From a virus, in the IMG/VR virus record IMGVR_UViG_3300033074_002003: DNA of 53,056 nt; one strand, written 5' to 3'. Positions 27,320 to 36,257 of this stretch are shown here, in pieces (within the stretch, counting starts at the first letter, position 1; every line of letters begins with the position of its first letter). Made by a program: the position numbers and the translations under genes. Below the pieces are notes generated by a model, which had not been told where the DNA came from, made no database searches, and was given only the letters and a program-made list of their open reading frames with translations.

Positions 27320-27848
27320 GATCATCATACTCGACGGACCCGATCGCTGCGGCAAAACAGAGATTGGCAAAGCTCTCGCACGAATACTTGATTGTAATTA
27401 CTTCAAAAATGACGTCGAGCGCCAGATGTTCGGCTCTTCAGAAGAGTACTTCCTAGGCGCGATTCGCTACGGTCTCCCGCACATTCTCTCTCTTCTGAGA
27501 CAGTCTGAGTTCGGGTTGGTCCTCGATCGTAGCTACCCATCAGAGTGGGTATATTCTCGAGCTTTCAATCGGCCCACAGACGAAGACGCAATCAGGCTGT
27601 GCGACGCTCAGTTCGCAGAGCTCGGCGGGCACGTCGTGATCACGAGGAGGAAATCTTACGAGGGGATCGTAGACGACACACACCCTCACCTCGTCAACAC
27701 AGAGATGCTGAAGAAGCTCGACGGGCTTTACGAGGAGTTCGCTGCGCAGTGTATTGCTCCCTGTCACACGATTTTCGTTGACGACGAGAATTTGAATCGA
27801 GAAGTCGATGAGATTCTCTCCAAGATCGAAGGATGGACAGATGACTGA
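27300..27848 (+). CDS. P-loop deoxynucleoside/deoxynucleotide kinase (Tmk/dNK-like)
   Basis: 'IIILDGPDRCGKTEIGKALARIL' Walker A in dNK/Tmk context, 182 aa. Confidence 0.55.
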   Translation: MSTSRSKIIILDGPDRCGKTEIGKALARILDCNYFKNDVERQMFGSSEEYFLGAIRYGLPHILSLLRQSEFGLVLDRSYPSEWVYSRAFNRPTDEDAIRLCDAQFAELGGHVVITRRKSYEGIVDDTHPHLVNTEMLKKLDGLYEEFAAQCIAPCHTIFVDDENLNREVDEILSKIEGWTDD

Positions 27849-28089
27849 CGAGGGCGACGCAGACTCTGGGATGAGGGAAGCACTTGAGATGTGCTTCAAC
27901 ATGGCATATGGGACGGCGATCGATATCGCTGAGAAGCAACCGGGCGTGAGCGCGCTCTACGTCGAATCGCAGGCGAAGACTGTGATGCGCGCCGCGCTTC
28001 AGGCGACGGGTCTCTTCTCGCCGAGCGAGATCGACATGCACGTTGATTCGATCACCGTGAGAAATGCTGCAGAGAGGGATTCGTCGTGA
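27808..28089 (+). CDS. hypothetical protein
   Basis: 93-aa ORF overlapping kinase 3' end; weak. Confidence 0.25.
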   Translation: MRFSPRSKDGQMTDEGDADSGMREALEMCFNMAYGTAIDIAEKQPGVSALYVESQAKTVMRAALQATGLFSPSEIDMHVDSITVRNAAERDSS

Positions 28090-28940
28090 GCGAATACGTC
28101 AGGTCACAAGACGCGTGCGCTTTCATTGAGTCGTTGGAGGACGCGTCTGTCGGTCTTGTCCTGATTGACCCGCCGTACTACGGCATCGTTGACGATTCGT
28201 GGGACAACCAGTGGGCGTCAGAGGACGACTACGTGAGCTGGCTGTCTGTCATGTGTTACGCCGCGCGAAAGAAGCTGACGCCGACCGGATCGCTGCTCGT
28301 ATTCGGCGGTGTTGGGAAGCACGGTTCGCACCCGTTCTTCAGGGTCATTTCGGAGCTTGAGAAGAAGTTCCACTTTCGCAACCTGATCACGTGGAAGAAG
28401 AGGCGTGCCTACGGGAAGAAGTTCAACTATCTTCATTGTCGGGAGGAAATTGTTTGGTATTCCAAATCAAGTGTAGAGTCAGAAGTGACTTTTAACATTC
28501 CATATCTCACTGAAAAGCGCGGGTATGCAGGATTTAACAAGAAATATCCAGCGAAAAGTCCCTATTATCGAGTCTCTAACGTCTGGGCAGATATTGGCGA
28601 ACTAATGCGTCCCAAGCGTACTGCTGAAAAACCCATACCCCTTCTGGAGAGGTTGATACTCACACATTCAAATCCCAATGATCTTGTTGTTGATTTTTTT
28701 GCAGGGACGGGCTCCACGGGCGTGGCGGCACTGAAGAACGGTCGCAGATTTCTTGGCTGTGATATGGACAACACTGCTGTACAAATGGCAAATGCGCGCT
28801 GCATTTCTGTTTACGATTCAACTAGTTATCATCATGGCGCGAACACAGAAGACAGTAATTTATGTGTATCTGATCCTATGCAAGATCAACAACAAGAGAT
28901 ATGTGGGGATCACTGCAAAAACAGTACAGAAAAGATTTAA
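28086..28940 (+). CDS. DNA methyltransferase, beta-class (DPPY first; N6-adenine or N4-cytosine)
   Basis: 'LVLIDPPYYG' motif IV near N-terminus, 'VVDFFAGTGSTG' motif I near C-terminus; 3' ~35 codons overlap the GIY-YIG gene. Confidence 0.7.
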   Translation: MSEYVRSQDACAFIESLEDASVGLVLIDPPYYGIVDDSWDNQWASEDDYVSWLSVMCYAARKKLTPTGSLLVFGGVGKHGSHPFFRVISELEKKFHFRNLITWKKRRAYGKKFNYLHCREEIVWYSKSSVESEVTFNIPYLTEKRGYAGFNKKYPAKSPYYRVSNVWADIGELMRPKRTAEKPIPLLERLILTHSNPNDLVVDFFAGTGSTGVAALKNGRRFLGCDMDNTAVQMANARCISVYDSTSYHHGANTEDSNLCVSDPMQDQQQEICGDHCKNSTEKI

Positions 28941-29655
28941 GCGTCACCTACGTGACGCTGCGAACGGGTGTCAAAACGCACTGCATCGAGCGATACGAGC
29001 ACATGGAGTTGAGAATTTCGAGTGTCAATCGCTCGAAATTTGTTCGTCTTGGGAAGAAGCCTGTCAACGTGAAATAGTGTTGATTCGTGAACTTCAAACA
29101 CGTGTCGAACAACACGGTTACAACATGACTGACGGAGGCGAAGGGGGATGGGGATTGCAGTGGTCGCTAGAAGCTCGAGCAAGACAGAGTGCTATTCACA
29201 AAGGGTTACACACTCGAGATAAGCTGAGCTCTGAAACGTTGAAGAAGATGAGTGATGCTCGAAAAGGTAAACCGATGAACGATGAGCAAAAACGAAAACT
29301 TTCGATCTGGAACACTGGTCGCAAACACACTGAAGAAGCTAAGCAAAAGATGGCTGATTCACATCGTGGCTCTAAACGCACAGAAGCTACGAAACAGAGA
29401 ATGCATGAAAGCAGTCCACACAAAAAACGTGTTGTGCAATTTGCTACTGATGGAACGACATTGTCTGTGTACCCATCTATGAAAATTGCTGCGCGTATCA
29501 CAGGCGTTGCACACGCAAATATTAGTGCATGCTGTCATGGCAGGAGACCACGCGCTGGTGGATTTGGATGGTGCTTTGAAAATATCAATACACTGACTGA
29601 GCAAGTCATAGAATTAGTCAATTCGAGGTGTGTGGAAGCTGCGGGAGGTGCGTGA
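28834..29655 (+). CDS. GIY-YIG homing endonuclease with NUMOD3-like repeats and C-terminal DNA-binding module
   Basis: 'VIYVYLILCKINNKRYVGITAK' GIY-YIG; repeats 'SETLKKMSDARKGKP / DEQKRKLSIWNTGRKHT / EEAKQKMADSHRGSKRT'; 'VVQFATDGTTLSVYPSMKIAARITG'; AT-rich. Confidence 0.75.
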   Translation: MARTQKTVIYVYLILCKINNKRYVGITAKTVQKRFKRHLRDAANGCQNALHRAIRAHGVENFECQSLEICSSWEEACQREIVLIRELQTRVEQHGYNMTDGGEGGWGLQWSLEARARQSAIHKGLHTRDKLSSETLKKMSDARKGKPMNDEQKRKLSIWNTGRKHTEEAKQKMADSHRGSKRTEATKQRMHESSPHKKRVVQFATDGTTLSVYPSMKIAARITGVAHANISACCHGRRPRAGGFGWCFENINTLTEQVIELVNSRCVEAAGGA

Positions 29656-30593
29656 TGTCAAAGAAGGCGTGGGTCACCGGCGGCGCCGGTTTCATTGGAA
29701 GTCACCTCGTCGATCGCCTCGTGCGGGAGAACTATGACGAGGTGATCGTTGTCGATGATTTCTCGAGCGGAGATCCCAAGAATCTCGCGAAGAGTCACGG
29801 GCTGGTGAGGCTCTACACCGAGGATTTTGCCTCTGATAGGACGTTGAAGCTCCTCGCAGAAGAGAAGCCAGACGTGGTATTTCACCTCGCCGCTCGGCCT
29901 CGCGTTGCTTACTCCGTCGAACACCCGGCGGAGACGAACGAGGTGAACGTGCAGAAGTCATTGCGTCTCCTCGAGGCGTGCCGCGACGCGCACGTAAGGA
30001 GATTTGTCTTCTCGTCATCTTCGTCTGTTTATGGCGGTGCAGACGAGCTACCGACGCCAGAAGAGTATCCGAAGGATCCGAAATCACCCTACGCGCTCCA
30101 GAAGTCGGTGATCGAGGACTACTGTCGGATGTTCTCGTCGCTCTACGACATGGACACTGTCTGCCTGCGATACTTCAACGTGTTCGGTCCCAGGGCAAAG
30201 GGCGACGGCGCGTACGCGACTGCAGTCAGCGCCTGGATCTCAGCGATCAAGTCTGGGAAGCCCGCGCGGTCCGACGGAGACGGTACGCAATCGCGTGACA
30301 TGTGCTACGTCGCGAATGTCGTTGACGCAAACATTCGCGCAGCACAGTCATCGTATGATTTTGTCGGTGACACGTTCAATGTTGCGTGTCAAGACAAGGT
30401 GACAAACAACGAGATCCTCGAGTACCTGAAGAAGAAGTTTGACTTCTCGATTGTTCACGCTCCGGAGAGGTTGGGTGACGTGAAGCACACGTGCGCTGAC
30501 ATTACCAGGGCAAAGATGATCCTGGGCTACTATCCCATGATTCGTTTCTGGGACGGGCTTGCTATGACACTCGAGGCAGAGGGGCTCAAGTGA
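29655..30593 (+). CDS. NAD-dependent nucleotide-sugar epimerase/dehydratase (GalE/WbpP-like)
   Basis: GGGAGGTG SD; 'AWVTGGAGFIGSHLVDRL', 'SSSSSVYG', 'SPYALQK' (YxxxK); ATGA overlap with HEG stop. Confidence 0.7.
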   Translation: MSKKAWVTGGAGFIGSHLVDRLVRENYDEVIVVDDFSSGDPKNLAKSHGLVRLYTEDFASDRTLKLLAEEKPDVVFHLAARPRVAYSVEHPAETNEVNVQKSLRLLEACRDAHVRRFVFSSSSSVYGGADELPTPEEYPKDPKSPYALQKSVIEDYCRMFSSLYDMDTVCLRYFNVFGPRAKGDGAYATAVSAWISAIKSGKPARSDGDGTQSRDMCYVANVVDANIRAAQSSYDFVGDTFNVACQDKVTNNEILEYLKKKFDFSIVHAPERLGDVKHTCADITRAKMILGYYPMIRFWDGLAMTLEAEGLK

Positions 30594-30728
30594 GAGCCGC
30601 GCTCTTCTTCGTCCTCATTGTCCTGCTGGGAATGCCGGATTCCCGTGGGACGAGCGACGACTGCGGAGCGTGGGACAGCGCTGACAAGAGTTCTGAACAA
30701 TAGCTCACCTGTGGGATAGAAATACGCA

Positions 30729-31712
30729 ATGAGATCATTCAGTTCGTTCAATGATGCTTTCGCGGGTCTCGTAGACGAGGTCTGGAACCATCACACGTAC
30801 GTCTCGCGCCCACGCGGGCAGACAGTGAAAGAGAAGCTCGCTGTTCAGTTTTCGATCACCGACCCGCGCAGGCGCCTCCTCACGATTCCCGAGCGCGACG
30901 CGTCTCTCTGCTATGTCATCGCCGAATCGCTGTGGTACCTCCTCGGCAGCGACAAGACGGAGTGGATTGCGAACTATTCTGCCTTCTGGAAGAATATTTC
31001 GGATGATGGGGTTACCGCTAACTCAGCGTACGGCTCTAGAATTTTCAAGAGGCATCCAAAGGTGGCTGGTGGCCGCCTGACGCAGTGGGATTACGTCAAA
31101 GAGGAGCTGAAGAAGGACCCCGACTCGCGGAGGGCTGTCGTACTCATTCGCACGCCCGATGATTCGATCGACGCGCAGCTCGACGTTCCCTGCACGCTCT
31201 CGCTGCAGTTTTTTATCCGCGACGGGAAGCTACACCTCGTTTCGACGATGCGATCGTCCGATCTCATCCTAGGAATCACCAACGACATCCCGGCGTTCTG
31301 CCTCTTCCAGGAACTTCTTGCCCGCGACCTCGGTGTGGAGCTGGGTACGTACACACACACGAGCAACTCACTTCACGTCTACGAGAGGCACTTCCCGATG
31401 TGTGAGACGATCGCATCTAGGAAGCGGGGAGTGCCCTACTCTGTTGCGCTTCCACCGCTACCGCCGGGTGAAATCCCTGTCGCGCAGGTGGACAGGGTAC
31501 AGGAAGTCGCTAGATCGATTACCACACCCGCTGGCCTGGAGCAGTTCTACAACACGGGCCTTCACTTCATCATGGACGGACAGGATCCGTACTGGTGTGA
31601 CTGGGCGAAGATTCTCGTCGCGCACCGTGCTGGGAAGCTCGGTGAACCGCAGATGATGGCCGACATGATCGCTGGCACAGAATTTACGGGCTATCACGCC
31701 TTCAAGAAGTGA
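30729..31712 (+). CDS. thymidylate synthase (ThyA) family enzyme (thymidylate synthase or deoxypyrimidylate hydroxymethylase)
   Basis: 'DVPCTLSLQFFIRDGKLHLVSTMRSSDLILGITNDIPAFCLF' aligns to ThyA 'LPPCHALFQFYV...QRSADVFLGVPFNIASY'; catalytic Cys present, His after Cys replaced by Thr. Confidence 0.7.
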   Translation: MRSFSSFNDAFAGLVDEVWNHHTYVSRPRGQTVKEKLAVQFSITDPRRRLLTIPERDASLCYVIAESLWYLLGSDKTEWIANYSAFWKNISDDGVTANSAYGSRIFKRHPKVAGGRLTQWDYVKEELKKDPDSRRAVVLIRTPDDSIDAQLDVPCTLSLQFFIRDGKLHLVSTMRSSDLILGITNDIPAFCLFQELLARDLGVELGTYTHTSNSLHVYERHFPMCETIASRKRGVPYSVALPPLPPGEIPVAQVDRVQEVARSITTPAGLEQFYNTGLHFIMDGQDPYWCDWAKILVAHRAGKLGEPQMMADMIAGTEFTGYHAFKK

Positions 31713-31719
31713 GGAAAGA

Positions 31720-32301
31720 GTGAAAAGAGCACCAGAATTTATCGTGGCGACGGGCCCGATGTTCTCGAACAAGACGACGTTCCTCCTGTCTTATGTCGAG
31801 AAGTGCAAGTATCAGAAGAAGAAAGTAATCGCCTTCAAACCGAAGAAGGATAATCGCTATGGCGAAGATGAGATCGTTTCGCACAACGGTTGGAAGATTC
31901 CGGCACACGTGATAGAGACGGGTGACGACATCATTCGAATGCTCGCTTCAGATGATGTTGTGTACGATGTGATCGCGATCGATGAACTGTTCATGGTTCC
32001 GGGCGCCGCGACTGCGCTCATTTGGGCATTTCGTAGCGGCATCTCAGTCGTCGCGTCTACTCTTGACCTGTCGTCTCGCTGCAAGAGCTTTGCGGAGGTG
32101 AAGAAGATTCTTCCGTGGGCGACAAAGATCATAAAGTGTACTGCTGTCTGCGAAGTGTGCGGCGCAGACGCTCGATACACACACATGAAGGCAGATCTCG
32201 AGGGTACGGGTGAGATTTTTGTGGGTGGAGCGAGCGAGTACGAGCCACGCTGTGCAGTTCATCACCCGTACTTCCATGAGGTCACAAATGACATCCCGTG
32301 A
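31720..32301 (+). CDS. tdk: thymidine kinase
   Basis: 'ATGPMFSNKTTFLL' P-loop, C-terminal Zn ribbon 'CTAVCEVCG...CAVHH'. Confidence 0.85.
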   Translation: MKRAPEFIVATGPMFSNKTTFLLSYVEKCKYQKKKVIAFKPKKDNRYGEDEIVSHNGWKIPAHVIETGDDIIRMLASDDVVYDVIAIDELFMVPGAATALIWAFRSGISVVASTLDLSSRCKSFAEVKKILPWATKIIKCTAVCEVCGADARYTHMKADLEGTGEIFVGGASEYEPRCAVHHPYFHEVTNDIP

Positions 32302-32743
32302 CGAAGAACACGACATTGTGCGCCCGTCGTGGGACGAGACATGGATGATCATGGCAACGGCCGTGTCACACAGGTCACACGATCCGAAGTTCAAGGTGGG
32401 TTGCCTCGTTGTGTCTGACAAGAACACACACGTACTCAGTGTGGGCTACAATGGAGCGCCGCCCGGGTGGCCGCACGTTCGCGACTCTGACGAGCCCGGA
32501 AAGAGCGGCTTCATTCACGCTGAGGCAAACTGCCTCATCAAGATGAACTTCAACGACCCAGCAAAGAAGATCATGTACGTGACACTGTCGCCGTGTGCCG
32601 ACTGTGCGCGGCTAGTCGTAGCGGCTGGGATCGAAGAGGTTGTCTACATGTCGTGCTACAGGGACATGTCGGGCCTCGATGTCCTCGCGCGGAGTGGCAT
32701 CCCATTCAGGCAGTTTGAGCCCGAGCGAAAGATTGTTTTCTGA
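32288..32743 (+). CDS. dCMP deaminase
   Basis: 'HAEANCL' and 'SPCADCA' zinc-binding CDA motifs; GAGG SD; overlaps tdk 3' end. Confidence 0.8.
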   Translation: MTSRDEEHDIVRPSWDETWMIMATAVSHRSHDPKFKVGCLVVSDKNTHVLSVGYNGAPPGWPHVRDSDEPGKSGFIHAEANCLIKMNFNDPAKKIMYVTLSPCADCARLVVAAGIEEVVYMSCYRDMSGLDVLARSGIPFRQFEPERKIVF

Positions 32744-32794
32744 GCCAACTCGTCCGCGATGTCTTGCATATTTAGTCCGACGAGGGTGGCGTGA

Positions 32795-33079
32795 ATGGCG
32801 AAGACACTTACAGACACTGACGTGCTGCGCATCATCAAAGAAGAGTGGGAGAAGCTCATCTCAGAGGTTGACGGAGAGCTCGACGTTCTCTTCAAGCCAA
32901 AGAAGGGCACGTCCGAGATAGACGTGATCAGTCCCGAGCTCAAAGTGATGCACAAGAAATCAGGATTTCGCTACACCGTCGACGCGACGTCCACAAACAC
33001 AGTGACGCTGCGAACCCCAGAGGGCGATCACCTAGACGTGACGCACGAAGAGTTCGAAAATGACTACCAGCTCGACTGA
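32795..33079 (+). CDS. hypothetical protein
   Basis: 94-aa ORF. Confidence 0.4.
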   Translation: MAKTLTDTDVLRIIKEEWEKLISEVDGELDVLFKPKKGTSEIDVISPELKVMHKKSGFRYTVDATSTNTVTLRTPEGDHLDVTHEEFENDYQLD

Positions 33080-33098
33080 TGTCTTGAAAGGAAAGAAC

Positions 33099-33785
33099 AT
33101 GTCAGAAGACATCATTAAGAAGGCAATTGAGGGAGCGATTCCCGATTTCTACGCGGCGGATGCTGCCTCACTGACCGAGGCGTACGTCGCGCAGCCGAAG
33201 CACTACGACCTTCCGGCTGAGTCTGTGAGCCAGCAGACGAAAGAGGCTCACCTCGAGCTCTACAACGGCTACGTTGAGTCACTCAATCGCGTCGCGGCGG
33301 AGCTAGAAGCCGTCCAGCGCGTAGAGGCGAATAGTAGATCGTCACGTTACCGTTCTTTGAAGCAGGACGAGACGTACCTTCTGAACGCGACATACCTCCA
33401 TGAGCTCTACTTTGCGAACGGGTTCGATCCTTCGTCTGACGTCTATGAGAGCTCACTCGCTTGTATGAGGCTGTCACGAGACTGGGGAGATTTCGATCGC
33501 TGGCAGCGCGACTTCTATGCCTGTGCGCTGTCCGCGCGCGAGGGGTGGGTCGTCACCGGATTCAACACGTTCCTCAAGAAGTACGCGACGGTGTTCATCG
33601 ATGGACACTCTGCGAGCGTTCCCGTCGGATTCTACCCGACGATTGTCGTTGACATGTGGGATCACGCGTCGAAAGACTTTTCCGACAAAAGAGAGTATAT
33701 TGTGTCTCAGATGCGAGAGCTCAATTGGGATGTCATCGAAGAGAGATTTCTCCGTGCCGAGAAGATTGCGGAGGCTGTAAAGTGA
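33099..33785 (+). CDS. Fe/Mn superoxide dismutase-like protein (divergent)
   Basis: AAAGGAAAG SD; N-terminal 'QQTKEAHLELYNGYVESLN', 'ATYLHELYFAN', 'GWVVTGFN', C-terminal 'PTIVVDMWDHAS' align to SOD His/His/Asp/His ligand positions. Confidence 0.5.
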   Translation: MSEDIIKKAIEGAIPDFYAADAASLTEAYVAQPKHYDLPAESVSQQTKEAHLELYNGYVESLNRVAAELEAVQRVEANSRSSRYRSLKQDETYLLNATYLHELYFANGFDPSSDVYESSLACMRLSRDWGDFDRWQRDFYACALSAREGWVVTGFNTFLKKYATVFIDGHSASVPVGFYPTIVVDMWDHASKDFSDKREYIVSQMRELNWDVIEERFLRAEKIAEAVK

Positions 33786-34288
33786 GAAAAAAGACGAAAG
33801 TGCCGTCTTACGAAGACGTTCACTGGCTTGATTCGATCATCAAAGAGTCTGCAGTCGACGCAGAGGGCGATCACCGCTCGTACGAACACGACTCTCTAGA
33901 CACAGCGATCGATTCTCAGCTGATGCAAGCAGAGAAAAACGCCGCTGTGACCAACGAGAGGCGCTCGCTCCGTGCTGCACTCCTCGAGGCCGATGATGAA
34001 GAGGCGGCTCCCCCGCCCGAGAAGCAGAAGGCGCCGTTCAATCCTGAGATTTTCGCTAGCGATCTTGCGAGGATCGTCACACACGCCACAGACCTTCTTG
34101 ATGTGGAGGGCACGATCGTTCGCCGCGCGCTGAACCTCGTCGTGCGCAACCAAGACCACACGACGGCCGAAAAAGTGCGGTCTATTCTCGAGACAGACTA
34201 TCACGTGTCGATCACACCAGAGTCAGAGAAAAACGACAACACGACTGACATAAATGCTGTGGGCGCGGGACCAGAACTGGGTGGCTGA
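33782..34288 (+). CDS. hypothetical protein
   Basis: GTGA overlap with SOD-like stop. Confidence 0.35.
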   Translation: MRKKTKVPSYEDVHWLDSIIKESAVDAEGDHRSYEHDSLDTAIDSQLMQAEKNAAVTNERRSLRAALLEADDEEAAPPPEKQKAPFNPEIFASDLARIVTHATDLLDVEGTIVRRALNLVVRNQDHTTAEKVRSILETDYHVSITPESEKNDNTTDINAVGAGPELGG

Positions 34289-34686
34289 TGTACAACAGCG
34301 ATGTGTTCTCAAAGAGAAAGTGCGTACACATCAAGCTGCAGACGCGGTTCGTTGAGTCATTTCGTGCGGAACTCCTGAAGCGGAGGCTCTCTATGCAGGA
34401 GGCCTTTGACGAATTTGCCGGGCTAGTGTCGCAGGGCGATGCTGTGACACTCAAACTCCTAGACAGAATCGTCTACAACAAAAATCGTGAGAAGATGAGC
34501 AAGCTTCTCGGATCTGACGTCAAACCGACGAAGATCCAGGACAGAGTCTTGCAGACGTCAACTGAGGCACCCGTCGAACCTCACGACGCGAATACGTTTA
34601 TGGAGATGCTCGAGAGAGCTAACCCGCTACACGGAGACGGCCGACACAAGGGACGCAGAAAGAAGAGAACAGATGAAGACGCGTGA
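34288..34686 (+). CDS. hypothetical protein
   Basis: 132-aa ORF. Confidence 0.4.
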   Translation: MYNSDVFSKRKCVHIKLQTRFVESFRAELLKRRLSMQEAFDEFAGLVSQGDAVTLKLLDRIVYNKNREKMSKLLGSDVKPTKIQDRVLQTSTEAPVEPHDANTFMEMLERANPLHGDGRHKGRRKKRTDEDA

Positions 34687-35002
34687 TATCTCTCGTTCGC
34701 TATCAGCAGTGAAAAATTGGGCCTCCGCAATTGTGAATTTCGGGAAGCTCAGGCTGAGGTTAGCTGACACTGAGATATACGTTCTCAGTTTGCTGGAGGA
34801 GAACTCTGAGCTCAGGGGAAAGATTTCGCAGCTTCAGCGGCGCCTCGACGATCAAGATGAGAAGATTGACTGCGTCGCTCTCGAAGCCGCCGGAACGCGC
34901 CTTGCTGTTGGGAAGATCATAAATGCGATCTCGGCGAGTCACGACAAAGACATCACGCGACTGGGCCCCGTGACAAAGAAGACAGATCCGGCGGTGAACT
35001 GA
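34673..35002 (+). CDS. hypothetical coiled-coil protein
   Basis: 109-aa ORF. Confidence 0.4.
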   Translation: MKTRDISRSLSAVKNWASAIVNFGKLRLRLADTEIYVLSLLEENSELRGKISQLQRRLDDQDEKIDCVALEAAGTRLAVGKIINAISASHDKDITRLGPVTKKTDPAVN

Positions 35003-35409
35003 TGCTTGGAAAACTTTCGATCGCGTGGTTGTTCATCAAGAAGTATTGGTCGATATTTCTGGCGGTCGCAATTTTCTTGGGCGCGATCGTGCTTCGAATA
35101 TCAACACAGGCGCGTGTAGATGAGCTCAACAAACAGCTCGAAGAGATCGAGAAGCGTCACCGCGAGGACCTTGAGAAAATAAACACCGCACACAACGTAG
35201 AAACGACCGAGAGGGAGAAGCACATTGCTGATCTCGAGGCGACCCTGAAAGCGATCGAGCTGCGATACGCCGAAGAGAAGAAGTACCTCGACGAATCGAA
35301 GCGCCGCGAGGTGATCGAGCTCGTGCAGAAGTACGGAGACGATACAGAGGAGCTCGCTCGTCGACTGTCGGAGGCGACCGGCATTCCCATCTCACTGGAG
35401 ACGAAGTGA
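35002..35409 (+). CDS. type-II membrane protein with periplasmic coiled coil (i-spanin-like topology)
   Basis: N-terminal TM 'IFLAVAIFLGAIVL' then charged coiled coil. Confidence 0.4.
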   Translation: MLGKLSIAWLFIKKYWSIFLAVAIFLGAIVLRISTQARVDELNKQLEEIEKRHREDLEKINTAHNVETTEREKHIADLEATLKAIELRYAEEKKYLDESKRREVIELVQKYGDDTEELARRLSEATGIPISLETK

Positions 35410-35915
35410 TGTTTCGAAAATTCGTTGCGCTCCTAACACTGATTTCGCTGGTGTTCTTCTGGACACCGCTTCGCGCCGAAGAGAAGCTTCGCTCGACGTC
35501 AGCGCCGACCGTCGCGGCGTCAGCACAACCGATCCCGCCGGCACTCATTGTCGTGCTGAAGAAAGGCCAGCTTGCGCCCTGGGATGGTGTCCTGCTGAAC
35601 TCTACGGCAACAGCACAGATTACTGTGGACAAAGAGAACTCAAAGAAAGAGTGCGATATCACAGTCAAGTCAGAGGTCGAAAAGCAGAAGGCATTTGATG
35701 CCGTGAAGCTTGCCGACAAAGAGAGCGAGCTGAAGTATACGCGTGACACTCTGACTGCACAGGTAAAATCGCGTGACGCCGAACTTGATGCAATGAGGAA
35801 GCGCTCTGCGAGTTCTTCTGGTGACTGGGTGCTGTGGATGTCACTCGGTGCAGCGGGCGGGATCGTCCTCACAGTCGGTGCTGTTTTCCTCGTTTCGTAC
35901 GTGAAGAACAACTGA
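35406..35915 (+). CDS. secreted protein with signal peptide and C-terminal TM anchor
   Basis: 'MMFRKFVALLTLISLVFFWTPLRA', C-terminal 'WMSLGAAGGIVLTVGAVFLVSYV'; ATGA overlap. Confidence 0.4.
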   Translation: MMFRKFVALLTLISLVFFWTPLRAEEKLRSTSAPTVAASAQPIPPALIVVLKKGQLAPWDGVLLNSTATAQITVDKENSKKECDITVKSEVEKQKAFDAVKLADKESELKYTRDTLTAQVKSRDAELDAMRKRSASSSGDWVLWMSLGAAGGIVLTVGAVFLVSYVKNN

Positions 35916-35936
35916 CGCGAATTTGCCTCGGCAAGG

Positions 35937-36251
35937 TTGTATTTAACGGTCATGGCTGAAACAGAAGTCGTCACGCCCCCGCCACCCGAGACACCCGCAA
36001 AGTCGTGGTTCTGGATCAAGGACACGGCGGGATATCCGTCAGTAACCGTCACATTCGTCACGATCGCGTTCGTTGTGACCACACTATGGTACCTCGCCTC
36101 GATATTTCACAAGCTCGGCCCCGTCGAGATCAGACCGTTCGATCCCGCCTCGGCTAGTGCTTATCTCGGACCGATTCTCGCGCTCTACTTCGGCAGGCGC
36201 TGGACAGATGCCAAGATGGGTGTGACGCCGGGTTCAACACCGGGAAAGTGA
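35937..36251 (+). CDS. small single-pass membrane protein (holin-like size)
   Basis: 'VTVTFVTIAFVVTTLWYLASIF' TM. Confidence 0.35.
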   Translation: MYLTVMAETEVVTPPPPETPAKSWFWIKDTAGYPSVTVTFVTIAFVVTTLWYLASIFHKLGPVEIRPFDPASASAYLGPILALYFGRRWTDAKMGVTPGSTPGK

Positions 36252-36257
36252 AGTAAG

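Noticed and set aside
30729-31712. definite call of dCMP vs dUMP hydroxymethylase
   Set aside because: the specificity-determining Asn/Asp position cannot be placed unambiguously by eye (ITNDIPA vs PFNIAS); left as ThyA-family enzyme
35126-36082. 318-aa minus-strand ORF
   Set aside because: antisense to three compact + strand membrane-protein genes; Ser/Ala/Arg-rich low-complexity translation
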